Positions 7,396 through 16,172 of a stretch of DNA of 64,000 nucleotides are shown piece after piece. The notes beneath the pieces were generated by a model that did not search any database, was not told where the DNA came from, and worked only from the letters and a program-made list of their open reading frames with translations. Source of the stretch: an uncultured Candidatus Saccharibacteria bacterium (GTDB lineage: Bacteria; Patescibacteriota; Doudnabacteria; UBA920); assembly GCA_964474825.1 (NCBI GenBank), contig CAYYWQ010000001.1, positions 65,420 to 129,419 of the forward strand. Reading direction: 5' to 3'. Within the stretch, counting starts at the first letter, position 1, and every line of letters begins with the position of its first letter. A program made the translations under genes and the position numbers.

Positions 7396-10368
7396 CTAGT
7401 AGTCCTTGAATTTTTCTTTGTATGCTTTTAATGCGTCTGGAATTTTCAAATCAACAATTTTTTTGTTGTTCCTGTCGGCAATTATCAATTTATCATTTTT
7501 ACTAACCGTTCCAATTTTGGCAAAAATATTTCCGGACATTGCGGATTCAAAAGCTTCGGCGTTTTTTGGGTCAACGGTTACTAAGATTCTTCCCTGGCTT
7601 TCGGAAAATAGTGCTTGGTAGTTTTCTTCCCACTTGCCTGGCAAGTCAGTAAAATTAATTTCGCCCCCAAGTCCGCCACCAGCCAAAGTTTTGATAAGCG
7701 CTGTAATTAAGCCACCACGGGTAATGGATATAGAAGAGGCGATTAAATCTTTTTGTATTGCGTTAAATACAGATTTATATAGTCGGTAGTTTTCTGCGGC
7801 GTCTACAGAAGGAACAGTTACTTCTAGTTGTGAGTCGTTAGTTTCTAGTTGCATGTTATTGTATTCGCTACCGCTAAGTTCATTGTTTGTTTTTCCTAAA
7901 ATATAAATAACATCGCCCGGCATTTTGGCGTCTAGGGATACTGTTTTGTTTACATCCGGCACAACTCCTATAGCTGAAATTAAAAGTGTCGGGGGAATGG
8001 AAATTTTTATGCTTTTGCCGTCTTTGTCAAACCCTTTAAAGTCGTTATACATACTGTCTTTGCCGGAAATAAAAGGGGTGCCAAAAGTGGTGGCGTAGTC
8101 AAAACAGGCACGCGCCGCTTCCTTAAGTTGCCAAAGCCTTTGCGGGTCTTCTGGGCTGCACCAGCAAAAGTTGTCTAATAGAGCCAGGTAGTCCACGTCT
8201 GCGCCCGCGACAACTGCGTTTCTAATTGCGGTGTCTATTGAGGCAGCTGCCATTTTGTAAGGGTCCAGTTCGCTGTAGGAAGGATACATTCCATAAGAAA
8301 GTATCACGCCTTTTTTGGAGGTAAGAATTGGACGGGTAACAGTAGCGTCTGCGTTTATTCTTCCGCGCCCTTGAAGTGGTTTTAAAACAGAGCCAGCCTG
8401 AACTTCATGGTCGTATTGGGTGTTAACAAAGTCAGTGGAGGTAATGTTCAGGCGGCTTAACAAATTCAAGATTCTAGATTCTAGATTCAAGATTTTTCTT
8501 TGGGGAACTGTTACATGTTTCGTGTTGCGTGTTACATGTTTCGTGTTTTGCTGCTTAATCGGCCTGCCGTTATGCAAAAATTCCATTTCTAAATCTAGGA
8601 CTGTTTGGTTTTTAAATTTAACCACGCATTTTCCGTCTTTGGTAAACTTGCCAATTGTTGTAGATTCCACCCCACGTTTCTTCATCAGCGCAAAAAATTC
8701 TTTCCATTTTTTTGGTGGTACTGCAAAAATCATTCTTTCCTGGGACTCTGAAATCCAAATTTGCCATGGGGCAAGGCCGGGGTATTTTAAAGGAACTTTA
8801 TCGAGCTCAACAACGCATCCGCCGGATTGCGTAGCCATTTCGCCAACAGCACTGGAAAGTCCGCCGGCGCCACAATCGGTTATAGAAGAATACAAGCCTT
8901 TGTCCCGTGCTTCTTTTACAATTGCGTCGCTAAGTTTTTTTTGAGTAATTGGGTCACCAATTTGTACGGCTGTGGCTGGGCTGTGGGAGTCTAAAGTCTC
9001 AGAAGAAAAAGTGGCGCCGTGAATTCCGTCTGCCCCAACTCGGCCTCCGGCTACAACTATTAAATCTCCAGCTTTGGTTTGTTTTACCCAGGAAGGCTTT
9101 CCTTTTATAGAGCGGGGGATTAGGCCAACAGTTCCGGCAAACACCAAAGGCTTTCCTTGGTAGCGGGAGTCAAAATACAAAAAGCCAGAGTTAGTAGGAA
9201 TGCCGCTTTGGTTGCCGCCAGCGTTAATGCCGGAAATTACGCCTTCAAATATTTTACGCGCGGAAAGCATTGGCCGCGTTAATTCTTTGTCCCTATACAA
9301 AACAGTCTTGTCCTGCGGATCTGCAAAGCAAAAACCAAATGTGTTAATAATCGGTTTTGCTCCTAAACCAAAACCCAAGCAGTCCCGGTTAACGCCAACT
9401 ATGCCGGTAATGGCTCCGCCAAAAGGGTCCAGTGCTGAAGGTGTGTTATGAGTTTCTACTTTGTGGGTAATAATATTGTCTTTGTCAAAAACTATACCAC
9501 CGGCATTGTCTGTAAACACGGAAACACAAAAATCTTTTCGTCCTTTTTGTTTGCGTATGGCCTGCGTTGCGCCTTTTATAAAAGTTTTGTAAAGACCTTG
9601 CTGTAAATTATCAATCGGATCTGCAAAAATTGTGTGCTTGCAGTGTTCGCTCCAGGTTTGGGCCAGGGTTTCTATTTCTACGTCGGTTGGCTTACGGCCG
9701 AGCTTGTTAAAGTAATTGCGAATAACTAATAAATAATCCAAACTTAAAGATAGGGGACCGCGGCGGGTACCGTCACTATCTGCAATTCCCAACTTCCCCA
9801 ATTTCGCCAGTTCATCATCTTTAACATTTAAATCCACCCTGCTTACTTTAGTGGAAGCTGTTAGTTTTACTTTTGGTGCGACTAAATCCATTCCGCTGTC
9901 CTGCTTAAAATTAGCAAAAGATTTTAAAGAAGCGCGCTGAATGAGTGGGTTGTATAAACTGTTTTTTATTTTTTCAATTTCGATACGTGTCACGCCGCCT
10001 GAAATAAAAAACACCTGGGACGTGTAAACGTGTTGTCCAGATGTGAATTTCACTCTTGCTCCATCTTCCAAAGTTTCTTTGGCCGTGCTGCCAACGTTGT
10101 CTGTAACTCCGGGTAGGTAGCCTATTTCAATTGCGTAATCAAATTTGCGTGGTGCGTCTAGAGTTACAGAAGCTTTCTCTATAATTGGGTTGGCGAGAAG
10201 CGCCTGAGCCTTTTCTATTTGCTGTTTGTTTAGCTTGGTGTCTATGGTATAACAGTCCGCTACCCACACTGCTCCCAATTTGCTTTTGAGTCCCAAGCTT
10301 TCGAAATATTTTTTCTTAGCCTGGCCTCTGGTGTCGGGGATTGTGGGCTGAATATATAGACGGAGCAT
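7396..10368 (-). CDS. purL: Phosphoribosylformylglycinamidine synthase with N-terminal PurS-like domain(s) fused (PurS-PurL)
   Basis: 990 aa; residues ~1-80 resemble PurS (…LLANPIIEKASV); a second possible PurS-like segment ~aa 95-165; PurL N-linker TDVEIETLAQTWSEHCKH; FGAM synthetase halves (ILNLLSRLNITS…QYDHEVQ); internal 7-aa tandem repeat insertion NTKHVTR-NTKHVT. Confidence 0.85.
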   Translation of the reverse strand: MLRLYIQPTIPDTRGQAKKKYFESLGLKSKLGAVWVADCYTIDTKLNKQQIEKAQALLANPIIEKASVTLDAPRKFDYAIEIGYLPGVTDNVGSTAKETLEDGARVKFTSGQHVYTSQVFFISGGVTRIEIEKIKNSLYNPLIQRASLKSFANFKQDSGMDLVAPKVKLTASTKVSRVDLNVKDDELAKLGKLGIADSDGTRRGPLSLSLDYLLVIRNYFNKLGRKPTDVEIETLAQTWSEHCKHTIFADPIDNLQQGLYKTFIKGATQAIRKQKGRKDFCVSVFTDNAGGIVFDKDNIITHKVETHNTPSALDPFGGAITGIVGVNRDCLGFGLGAKPIINTFGFCFADPQDKTVLYRDKELTRPMLSARKIFEGVISGINAGGNQSGIPTNSGFLYFDSRYQGKPLVFAGTVGLIPRSIKGKPSWVKQTKAGDLIVVAGGRVGADGIHGATFSSETLDSHSPATAVQIGDPITQKKLSDAIVKEARDKGLYSSITDCGAGGLSSAVGEMATQSGGCVVELDKVPLKYPGLAPWQIWISESQERMIFAVPPKKWKEFFALMKKRGVESTTIGKFTKDGKCVVKFKNQTVLDLEMEFLHNGRPIKQQNTKHVTRNTKHVTVPQRKILNLESRILNLLSRLNITSTDFVNTQYDHEVQAGSVLKPLQGRGRINADATVTRPILTSKKGVILSYGMYPSYSELDPYKMAAASIDTAIRNAVVAGADVDYLALLDNFCWCSPEDPQRLWQLKEAARACFDYATTFGTPFISGKDSMYNDFKGFDKDGKSIKISIPPTLLISAIGVVPDVNKTVSLDAKMPGDVIYILGKTNNELSGSEYNNMQLETNDSQLEVTVPSVDAAENYRLYKSVFNAIQKDLIASSISITRGGLITALIKTLAGGGLGGEINFTDLPGKWEENYQALFSESQGRILVTVDPKNAEAFESAMSGNIFAKIGTVSKNDKLIIADRNNKKIVDLKIPDALKAYKEKFKDY
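8464..8491. repeat. Heptanucleotide tandem array (ATTCAAG/ATTCTAG x4) inside purL
   Basis: Read directly; followed at 8510-8547 by a 21-nt-period direct repeat gttacatgtttcgtgtt(gcgt). Confidence 0.8.
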
Positions 10369-10499
10369 TATTAGGTGTTAGCTATTAGCTTTTAGGTGTT
10401 AGGAAGGGTAGAAAATAAAAATATCTTCCAAAAATGAGGGGTGGAAGATGAGGTTGATTTTGCTAGTTTCTGCCAATTTCTCAGCGCGTCTGTTACCCG

Positions 10500-10930
10500 C
10501 AGTCTAGCAGGAAAATTGGGTCTGGTCAAATTTGATAGGGATAGGGAGGTGAGACTTGCCTTGACCTCCCTGTGTTTGTTTATCGCGTTTCATCAGAGCT
10601 GATCCTTTTCCCTTCTGCAAGTCTGCTTTAAGACCGGTTCCCGTGGGGATCCGGACCGGTTTGGGAATAAGTCTCGAAGTGCCGCATAGGGCGGTCTGGG
10701 GCGTAGAAAGCGCGCGGCTAGAAGTATTGTAGACTTTGCGGCAAAGCCTAGAATTCTTTGTTGCCAGTCGGCTTCCAGAGGCCAAAACCCCTCCTTGGGG
10801 GTTGAGTTGGTGGCTGCTGGGACTAAGCGACGCCGAGCAGCCGAGGAATCTTGGGCAACCAGTTATAGCAAAGCCTGTTGGCCAAGAAAACTAGAAATCC
10901 GCATCCTGCAAGTTGAACAGAGGACGGTTC
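10500..10930 (-). other. GC-rich structured non-coding region upstream of purL (candidate leader/riboswitch-like or ncRNA)
   Basis: ~430 nt, ~57% GC in ~40% background, no convincing ORF (only low-complexity frames), multiple nested stems (e.g. ACCGGT…TCCC-GTG-GGGA…ACCGGT); same strand and upstream of purL start at 10368. Confidence 0.3.
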
Positions 10931-11059
10931 CATAAATAGAGTATATAACAAATTTAGAAAAAATAAAAAACTCCCAAAAAGAAAAAATGGGGAGGGTGTA
11001 ATACAATATCAGCCGGACCCGTTTTAATCTGCGTACCTTATTTTTTACCAAAAATGAGG

Positions 11060-11340
11060 AGCCCGGAGAAGAGCTCTTGTAACGGTTAGTTGCAAGGGCA
11101 TTGCCCTTCTCCGGGGGTTTAAAACGGGGGCAAACAAAATAGCAGTAAGTTCTTAGCAGTGAAAGCGCCGTCCCGTTACGGCGCTGCGGGGTCCTACAAC
11201 CTTCCGGTTTGCATTTTTAGATCATCCAGCGCGCAGTTGCAAACCGAAAGGCCTGGGTCATTGGCCTTCCTCCTTCTTTTGGATTGTTCGTGTTTCCTCC
11301 CTTTCGGAAGGCGAACGGTTGGCCTAACGTCAGCCATCTA
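11060..11340. other. Second GC-rich structured non-coding patch
   Basis: 10-bp inverted repeat CCCGGAGAAG…CTTCTCCGGG (11068-11122) with nested AAGGGC-ATT-GCCCTT hairpin; no supported ORF. Confidence 0.25.
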
Positions 11341-11469
11341 ACGATAGTATAAGTATTTTTAAAAAAGTGTCAATAAAAAATTTTACAAAAGAAAAACCGA
11401 ACAGTGGTTCTTTGTTGAACGGCGTCCTTGCGGATGCTGAAAAACAAAAAAGTTGTTCGGATTTTCTTC

Positions 11470-11512
11470 GGGAGGAAAATGTAAGAATTAGGAACCGGCC
11501 CGCGGGGGCCGG
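11470..11512 (-). terminator. Hairpin plus T-rich tail downstream of the 42-aa ORF
   Basis: 7-bp GC stem, 4-nt loop, then TTCCTAATTCTTACATTTTCC on minus strand. Confidence 0.4.
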
Positions 11513-11545
11513 GTGTTTCAGTGACTGCAACTGCGATCTGCGTTC

Positions 11546-11674
11546 CTAGCTGACGTCGCCGGTCGAATTGCTGGCTTCCACAGTGAAAACCGAGATGCTC
11601 GTGGCGCCGGCGGTGTCGGCCTTGTAGTTCCAGCGGTTGTGGCCCATGTTGTTGCGATTGTTGCGTTTCTTCAT
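11546..11674 (-). CDS. Candidate 42-aa small protein (MKKRNNRNNMGHNRWNYKADTAGATSISVFTVEASNSTGDVS) in GC-rich patch
   Basis: AGAGGAAA RBS 5 nt before ATG (11674); followed on its strand by GC hairpin CCGGCCC-GCGG-GGGCCGG (11495-11512) and T-rich tail; below the 60-aa ORF-track cutoff. Confidence 0.3.
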   Translation of the reverse strand: MKKRNNRNNMGHNRWNYKADTAGATSISVFTVEASNSTGDVS

Positions 11675-12018
11675 TTGGTTTCCTCTAATCGGACAAATTT
11701 CTCTCGAAGAACTAAATAGGTACTTGGGAGTACCAAAGTTTGCTCGGTGAAACCGAGCCTACTTTTTTTATTAGTCCTCCGATAGATGTTAGGATTGTAT
11801 AAGACCCTAATTTTTTTGTCAAATTTTTTCTCTAGAATATGGGGAGTTTTTATTTTTGCCTTAAATATGAGGGAATTTGTGTTTAATAAATTTTAGTAAA
11901 ATTTACATAACTAAAGTATTGCAAAATAATCCCCAAATTTGTCTTTAAAACTGGTCTGGGTCCCAGGTTAAGGCGTGTTATAATTATTGTGCTTATGTAA
12001 TCAAGCCGGAATAAATCT

Positions 12019-13134
12019 ATGCCACGACCTAAAATTTTTGAATCCTTTGACCTTTTAAACTCCGAAGAGGCCGGGCAAGAGGCGGAACAAAAGACTCCAC
12101 ATATAGAAAGAAACCCAAACGATTTAAGTTTAAGGAAATACATAGAGGCTTACGCTGTTTCTTTGCCGGCAATTGTCCGTAGTTTTCCCAGGGGTAATTT
12201 GGACATGCGCGCTTTGGAAGCCCACTATTGGGACAGGTTAAAAAAATACTATCCGTACGACGACTTTAAGGCGGTAAGAATTGAAAGCAAAGAAGAAATT
12301 GAGTTTATAAATACTGCTATTAAAATGATAGAGGGCTGGTTTTATAAAGGCCAATGGACTTCGTGTTTGGCACAGCCTAGTGAAGCAGAAATAAAAGAGG
12401 CTTTAGAAGGGCGGCAAAATAATTTTTTACAAAAAGTTAGGGCGAATAAGCAAATTCCAAATTTGGGAAGGGATCGCAAAGGAGTTAGGCTTCCTCCAAT
12501 GCCCGATATTTACGAAGATGCGCAATTCTCTAAGGATTTGCCGCAAGTTTACAGGGAACATGCTTTTAAATTTTTTCACAGTCCGGCCGCGGTAATGAAT
12601 ACTCTGACTAAAGTTGAAACAGTAAGGAAAGTTGAAGTTAATGACGCGGCTTTCTTAAATTTAATTACCTCTGCCCAAAACCACGCAGAGAGCAAGTTGG
12701 CCGAGTGGTCAAAGTCTCATAAGGGTAATGCTGTAACATCAAACGATGCTGAAATATTAAGGCAGTCCGGGAGAGTAATGAAGATGGAGCCGGGGTACAT
12801 TAGGCATAACCCTAGAAATAAATTTAAGCGCGAGTTGTTTTTTATGAAAACTTGTATGGCTGGCGCTGAACTTATGAGAAGGTCAAATACTGAAAATGGC
12901 GAATTAACATTGGATAATTTTGAAGGCATTATGGATTTGTTAAAGCAAGAAATGGCAAGAGCAAAAGAAGAAGGAAGGGATCCTAACTACCTTCCTATGG
13001 ATTTTGCCGGGGGAGATGGAAAAGAAAAACCTTATAGCCAATCAAGTTCATTGCATGTAAATACAAAAGAGCTACCAATTGCTTTAATGGCTGTAGACTA
13101 TTTACGGCAAAAAAATATGGCTGTCAAAAGATAA
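12019..13134 (+). CDS. Hypothetical soluble protein, no recognisable domain
   Basis: 371 aa ORF with AT-rich upstream region; charged/helical composition. Confidence 0.55.
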   Translation: MPRPKIFESFDLLNSEEAGQEAEQKTPHIERNPNDLSLRKYIEAYAVSLPAIVRSFPRGNLDMRALEAHYWDRLKKYYPYDDFKAVRIESKEEIEFINTAIKMIEGWFYKGQWTSCLAQPSEAEIKEALEGRQNNFLQKVRANKQIPNLGRDRKGVRLPPMPDIYEDAQFSKDLPQVYREHAFKFFHSPAAVMNTLTKVETVRKVEVNDAAFLNLITSAQNHAESKLAEWSKSHKGNAVTSNDAEILRQSGRVMKMEPGYIRHNPRNKFKRELFFMKTCMAGAELMRRSNTENGELTLDNFEGIMDLLKQEMARAKEEGRDPNYLPMDFAGGDGKEKPYSQSSSLHVNTKELPIALMAVDYLRQKNMAVKR

Positions 13135-13163
13135 TAAAAAAATCCCTAAAAAGGGATTATTCG
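13134..13163. terminator. Bidirectional terminator-like hairpin (ATCCCT-AAAA-AGGGAT) flanked by A7 / T-rich
   Basis: Immediately after 12019..13134 stop; the A7 run reads as T7 for the convergent minus-strand gene 13288..13674. Confidence 0.45.
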
Positions 13164-13287
13164 CCTTGGCTATGACTGAGACGGATTTTTTTATGAAATA
13201 AATAATAAAGGGAGTGGCGGCTCCCGGGGCGGGACAGTTGTCTTGCGACAAAAGTCCGCCGTTCGTTAGCCGCCACATATGCGGTCG

Positions 13288-13674
13288 TTAAATCCCGTCC
13301 CAAGACAGGGGTAACGACCGGAACGACTTTCCTCCGCAGAAGAGATCGCGGAGGAGGTCTTCCACTAGGAGTGGTGCCCGCCAGAAATCCTGGTCGGGAA
13401 ACCCAGGTGGATGTAGGTTCGGCCCCGCATCGTATGATGCAAGTATCACCCTAGTGTCGTGCCACGAGACGTGGTCGATGATCGGGGACAGCTCCTGCAT
13501 CGTCATCGCGCGAGGCGGGGTGAAGAATGCTGTTGTGGTTTGCCCGGGCGCAAGAGTCGGCCCGGACAGAGACATTTGTCCCGACAAGGGCGGGGCGATG
13601 TCATAGGTTGAAATGAATCCTACGGCTAGGCCGTAGAACATCATTCCGGCAATCAAAGTAACCACTCGGCCCAT
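13288..13674 (-). CDS. Hypothetical membrane-anchored protein in GC-rich island (start set to inner ATG with AAGGAG RBS)
   Basis: ~128 aa; AAGGAGAAGGAA upstream of ATG at 13674; one N-terminal TM helix; ~60% GC; 9-bp GC hairpin GTGGCGGCT…AGCCGCCAC plus T-rich tail downstream (13205-13270). Confidence 0.4.
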   Translation of the reverse strand: MGRVVTLIAGMMFYGLAVGFISTYDIAPPLSGQMSLSGPTLAPGQTTTAFFTPPRAMTMQELSPIIDHVSWHDTRVILASYDAGPNLHPPGFPDQDFWRAPLLVEDLLRDLFCGGKSFRSLPLSWDGI

Positions 13675-13825
13675 TTCCTTCTCCTTATGCAAAGCATCCG
13701 AACGATGCCTATAGTATCTGCCCCTCCTACGATTTGGGGGTCAAGATATTAAAAGTATAGAGGAAAAAGAAAAAAATATAAATATGTTGTAATTAAGGCA
13801 AATGATATTCAAAAGGCTTTGCAAA

Positions 13826-13853
13826 GGTTTGTTTTAAAATGCTACAATTGGGA
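13826..13853 (+). promoter_or_regulatory. Sigma70-like promoter TTGCAA-18 nt-TACAAT
   Basis: Good -35/-10 match with 18-nt spacer, ~20 nt upstream of ATG at 13874. Confidence 0.45.
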
Positions 13854-13873
13854 AAATTCACGAAGGTTTTCCA

Positions 13874-14053
13874 ATGAAAGTTCGTCTGAAAATCGGGCGG
13901 AAAAAGAAGCCGCTCAAGCCGTCCCCGCCTGAGCCACCAAAGCCCGAGCCCCATTGTCCTCCTGCGACGCAGGATTGGGCAAAGGCCAACGAAAGGGCAA
14001 GGCGAGGCAAGGAGCCCGATGTTTTTTCACTATTTACGAAACGGCTGAAATGA
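13874..14053 (+). CDS. Candidate 59-aa Lys/Pro-rich basic protein (MKVRLKIGRKKKPLKPSPPEPPKPEPHC…)
   Basis: Preceded by the TTGCAA/TACAAT promoter; GC-rich; overlaps antisense track ORFs 13858..14148 and 14030..14215, which I consider less likely. Confidence 0.3.
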   Translation: MKVRLKIGRKKKPLKPSPPEPPKPEPHCPPATQDWAKANERARRGKEPDVFSLFTKRLK

Positions 14054-14200
14054 GGTCCGTCCTCTATTTCTGTCCCGGCGGCCCATGATGGTCCGCCTTT
14101 TTCTTTTGTAATATTTTTTACTCTTGACCAAATATTTTTTTTGTTCAAAAATTAACCTACTGGCGCTACGGGCGCCAAATTCACTCCCAAGAGGAGGAGA

Positions 14201-14567
14201 CGTGAAGAAGTTCATTTTTCAAGTTTGGGAAAATTCCAAACTTCGCAATTGGGCGTACACCCTGGCATTTCTGCTAATCGTGCCAGTCGGTGGGCGATTC
14301 TCCTGGTTCGCGTGGCAGCACGGAAACGGGCTGGATCGCTTTCTGGTGATCGTCACCGGCCTGGTCATGGGCGCTCTGGCGTCGGTGACGCTTTATCGTT
14401 TCTGGCAGGTGTTGCCAGTTGCGACTTCGCCAGAAAAGCCGGTCGACTTCCCGCCGATGTCCGAGGAATTCGATGTGCTTTCGGACTTGGACAGGAGCAA
14501 CGTGCACAATCGTCTGATTGCACGTGATGCAGCCGCTCTGGGCTGGCCAGCACAACGGGTTCATTAG
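14201..14567 (+). CDS. Small two-TM membrane protein in GC-rich island (GTG start after GAGGAGGAG)
   Basis: RBS GAGGAGGAG 4 nt before GTG at 14201; two hydrophobic helices; ~60% GC. Confidence 0.4.
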
Positions 14568-14671
14568 TTGAACGCCGCCGGCGGGGGACACCAAACCTCG
14601 CCTTTTTCTTTTGGCTGTGAAAAGCTATAATGAAGTTAAGGGTTTACGGTATTAGTTAGCAAGGCGCATAT

Positions 14672-15379
14672 ATGAGGAATAAAATTAAATTAGCTATATT
14701 TGACATAGACGGCACAATATTCCGTTCGTCTTTGGTTATTGAGCTTAGTCATGCTTTAGTAGAGGCCGGGGTTTTTCCGGCATCGGCAAAAAAAGAAATT
14801 GCTAAGGAATATTTGGCATGGCTGGACAGGAAGGGGAGTTATGAGGCTTACATAAACAAAGTTGTAAAAATTTATGTTAAGCACATTGGCGGCCAGAATT
14901 TTACCCAGGTTAAAAAAATTGCCCAGGAAGTCATTCATTTTCAAAAAGACAGGGTTTATAGGTTTACGCGCGACTTAATAAAAAAATTAAAACATCAAAA
15001 TTATTTCTTAGTGGCTATTTCCGGCTCTCCTTCTTATATAGTAGGAAGCTATGCCAAAGCTATTGGCTTTAATTTATTTTTTGGCACAGAGTTGGAAGTC
15101 AAGAACGGGAAATTTACAGGCAAGGCCGTAAGTTTAGACAGCGCTTACAACAAGGCAAAAATAGTTAAGAGTTTGGTAAAAAAATATAACATTAGCTTAA
15201 AAGAATCCATTGCCGTGGGAGACACTGAGAGCGACGTTCCCATGCTAAAGTTAGTTGGCAAGCCTATGGCGTTTAACCCTAATTTGCAATTAGCAAAGGC
15301 AGCACAACGTAACAAATGGGCTATTGTTGTTGAACGAAAAGACGTGATGTATGAAGTTAAGAATTTTAAGCTACTTTAG
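14672..15379 (+). CDS. HAD-IB family hydrolase (phosphoserine-phosphatase-like)
   Basis: 235 aa; IFDIDGTIF motif I, AISGSP motif II, VAVGDTESDVPM motif IV. Confidence 0.7.
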   Translation: MRNKIKLAIFDIDGTIFRSSLVIELSHALVEAGVFPASAKKEIAKEYLAWLDRKGSYEAYINKVVKIYVKHIGGQNFTQVKKIAQEVIHFQKDRVYRFTRDLIKKLKHQNYFLVAISGSPSYIVGSYAKAIGFNLFFGTELEVKNGKFTGKAVSLDSAYNKAKIVKSLVKKYNISLKESIAVGDTESDVPMLKLVGKPMAFNPNLQLAKAAQRNKWAIVVERKDVMYEVKNFKLL

Positions 15380-15387
15380 ATTATCTT

Positions 15388-16125
15388 ATGACCATAACTT
15401 TAGCTATTCCTGCCTACAACGAAGAAAATTATATTGGTCCATGTCTGCAAAGCGTGCTTGCGGCCGCGCCGGACAATTTAATAGAGATTTTGGTTATTAA
15501 CAATGCCAGCACAGACAAAACTGCGGAAGTGGCAGCAAGCTTTGACCTCGTGCGGGTAATTAACGAACCGCTAAAAGGCTTGACCAGGGCCAGACAAAAG
15601 GCCCTTTTGGAAGCCAAAGGAGATTTGTTGGCTTTTGTGGACGCGGACAGTATAATGCCAAAAAAGTGGTTTGACGTTTTAAACCGAGAGTTCAAAAATA
15701 ATCCTGAGTTAATTTGTTTAAGCGGCCCTTATAGGTATTACGGCATAGAAAAAGTCAAAAATATTTTTGTGGCTTTTTGGTATAAAGTTTGGTTTATGAT
15801 CTGGTATGGTAGCGCGGATTTTTTTATTGCCTTCACCAGGGGTTATGTTGTTGTGGGCGGAAATTTTGTGGCCAAAAAGCAGGCATTGTGGGACATGGGA
15901 GGTTTTGACACAAAGATTGAATTTTACGGGGAAGATACAGACGTGGCCCGTCGGCTTAACAAGCTCGGGAAAATTAAATACGTTAAAGATTTTTGGATAA
16001 GAAGTTCCGCCAGGAGGTTTAACAATGAAGGCCTGGTCCTTACCGGTATTCGCTATTTGGCTAATTATATTTCCGTGATTTTTTTAAAAAAACCGGTGAC
16101 AAAAGGCTACAAGGACATTAGATAA
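15388..16125 (+). CDS. Family 2 glycosyltransferase
   Basis: 245 aa; LAIPAYNEENYI…ILVINNASTDKT…VDADS DXD-type GT2 signature. Confidence 0.75.
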   Translation: MTITLAIPAYNEENYIGPCLQSVLAAAPDNLIEILVINNASTDKTAEVAASFDLVRVINEPLKGLTRARQKALLEAKGDLLAFVDADSIMPKKWFDVLNREFKNNPELICLSGPYRYYGIEKVKNIFVAFWYKVWFMIWYGSADFFIAFTRGYVVVGGNFVAKKQALWDMGGFDTKIEFYGEDTDVARRLNKLGKIKYVKDFWIRSSARRFNNEGLVLTGIRYLANYISVIFLKKPVTKGYKDIR

Positions 16126-16172
16126 TATCTGACAACGAGTCAATAATCGAATATCGTGGTATAATTTAGGAG

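Noticed and set aside
10380-11700. tRNA, rRNA, tmRNA, RNase P, SRP, ZTP, purine and TPP motifs in the GC-rich non-coding patches
   Set aside because: Looked for T-loop GGTTCGAATCC-type boxes, tmRNA ends, RNase P GGAAAGTCCGGGCTC, ZTP TGGCG/CGCCTGG pairing and thi-box; none present convincingly. Left as unclassified structured RNA.
13858-14215. Minus-strand ORFs 13858..14148 and 14030..14215
   Set aside because: GC-rich DNA gives long open frames on several strands; the plus-strand 59-aa frame has a near-consensus promoter, these do not. Kept only as an alternative.
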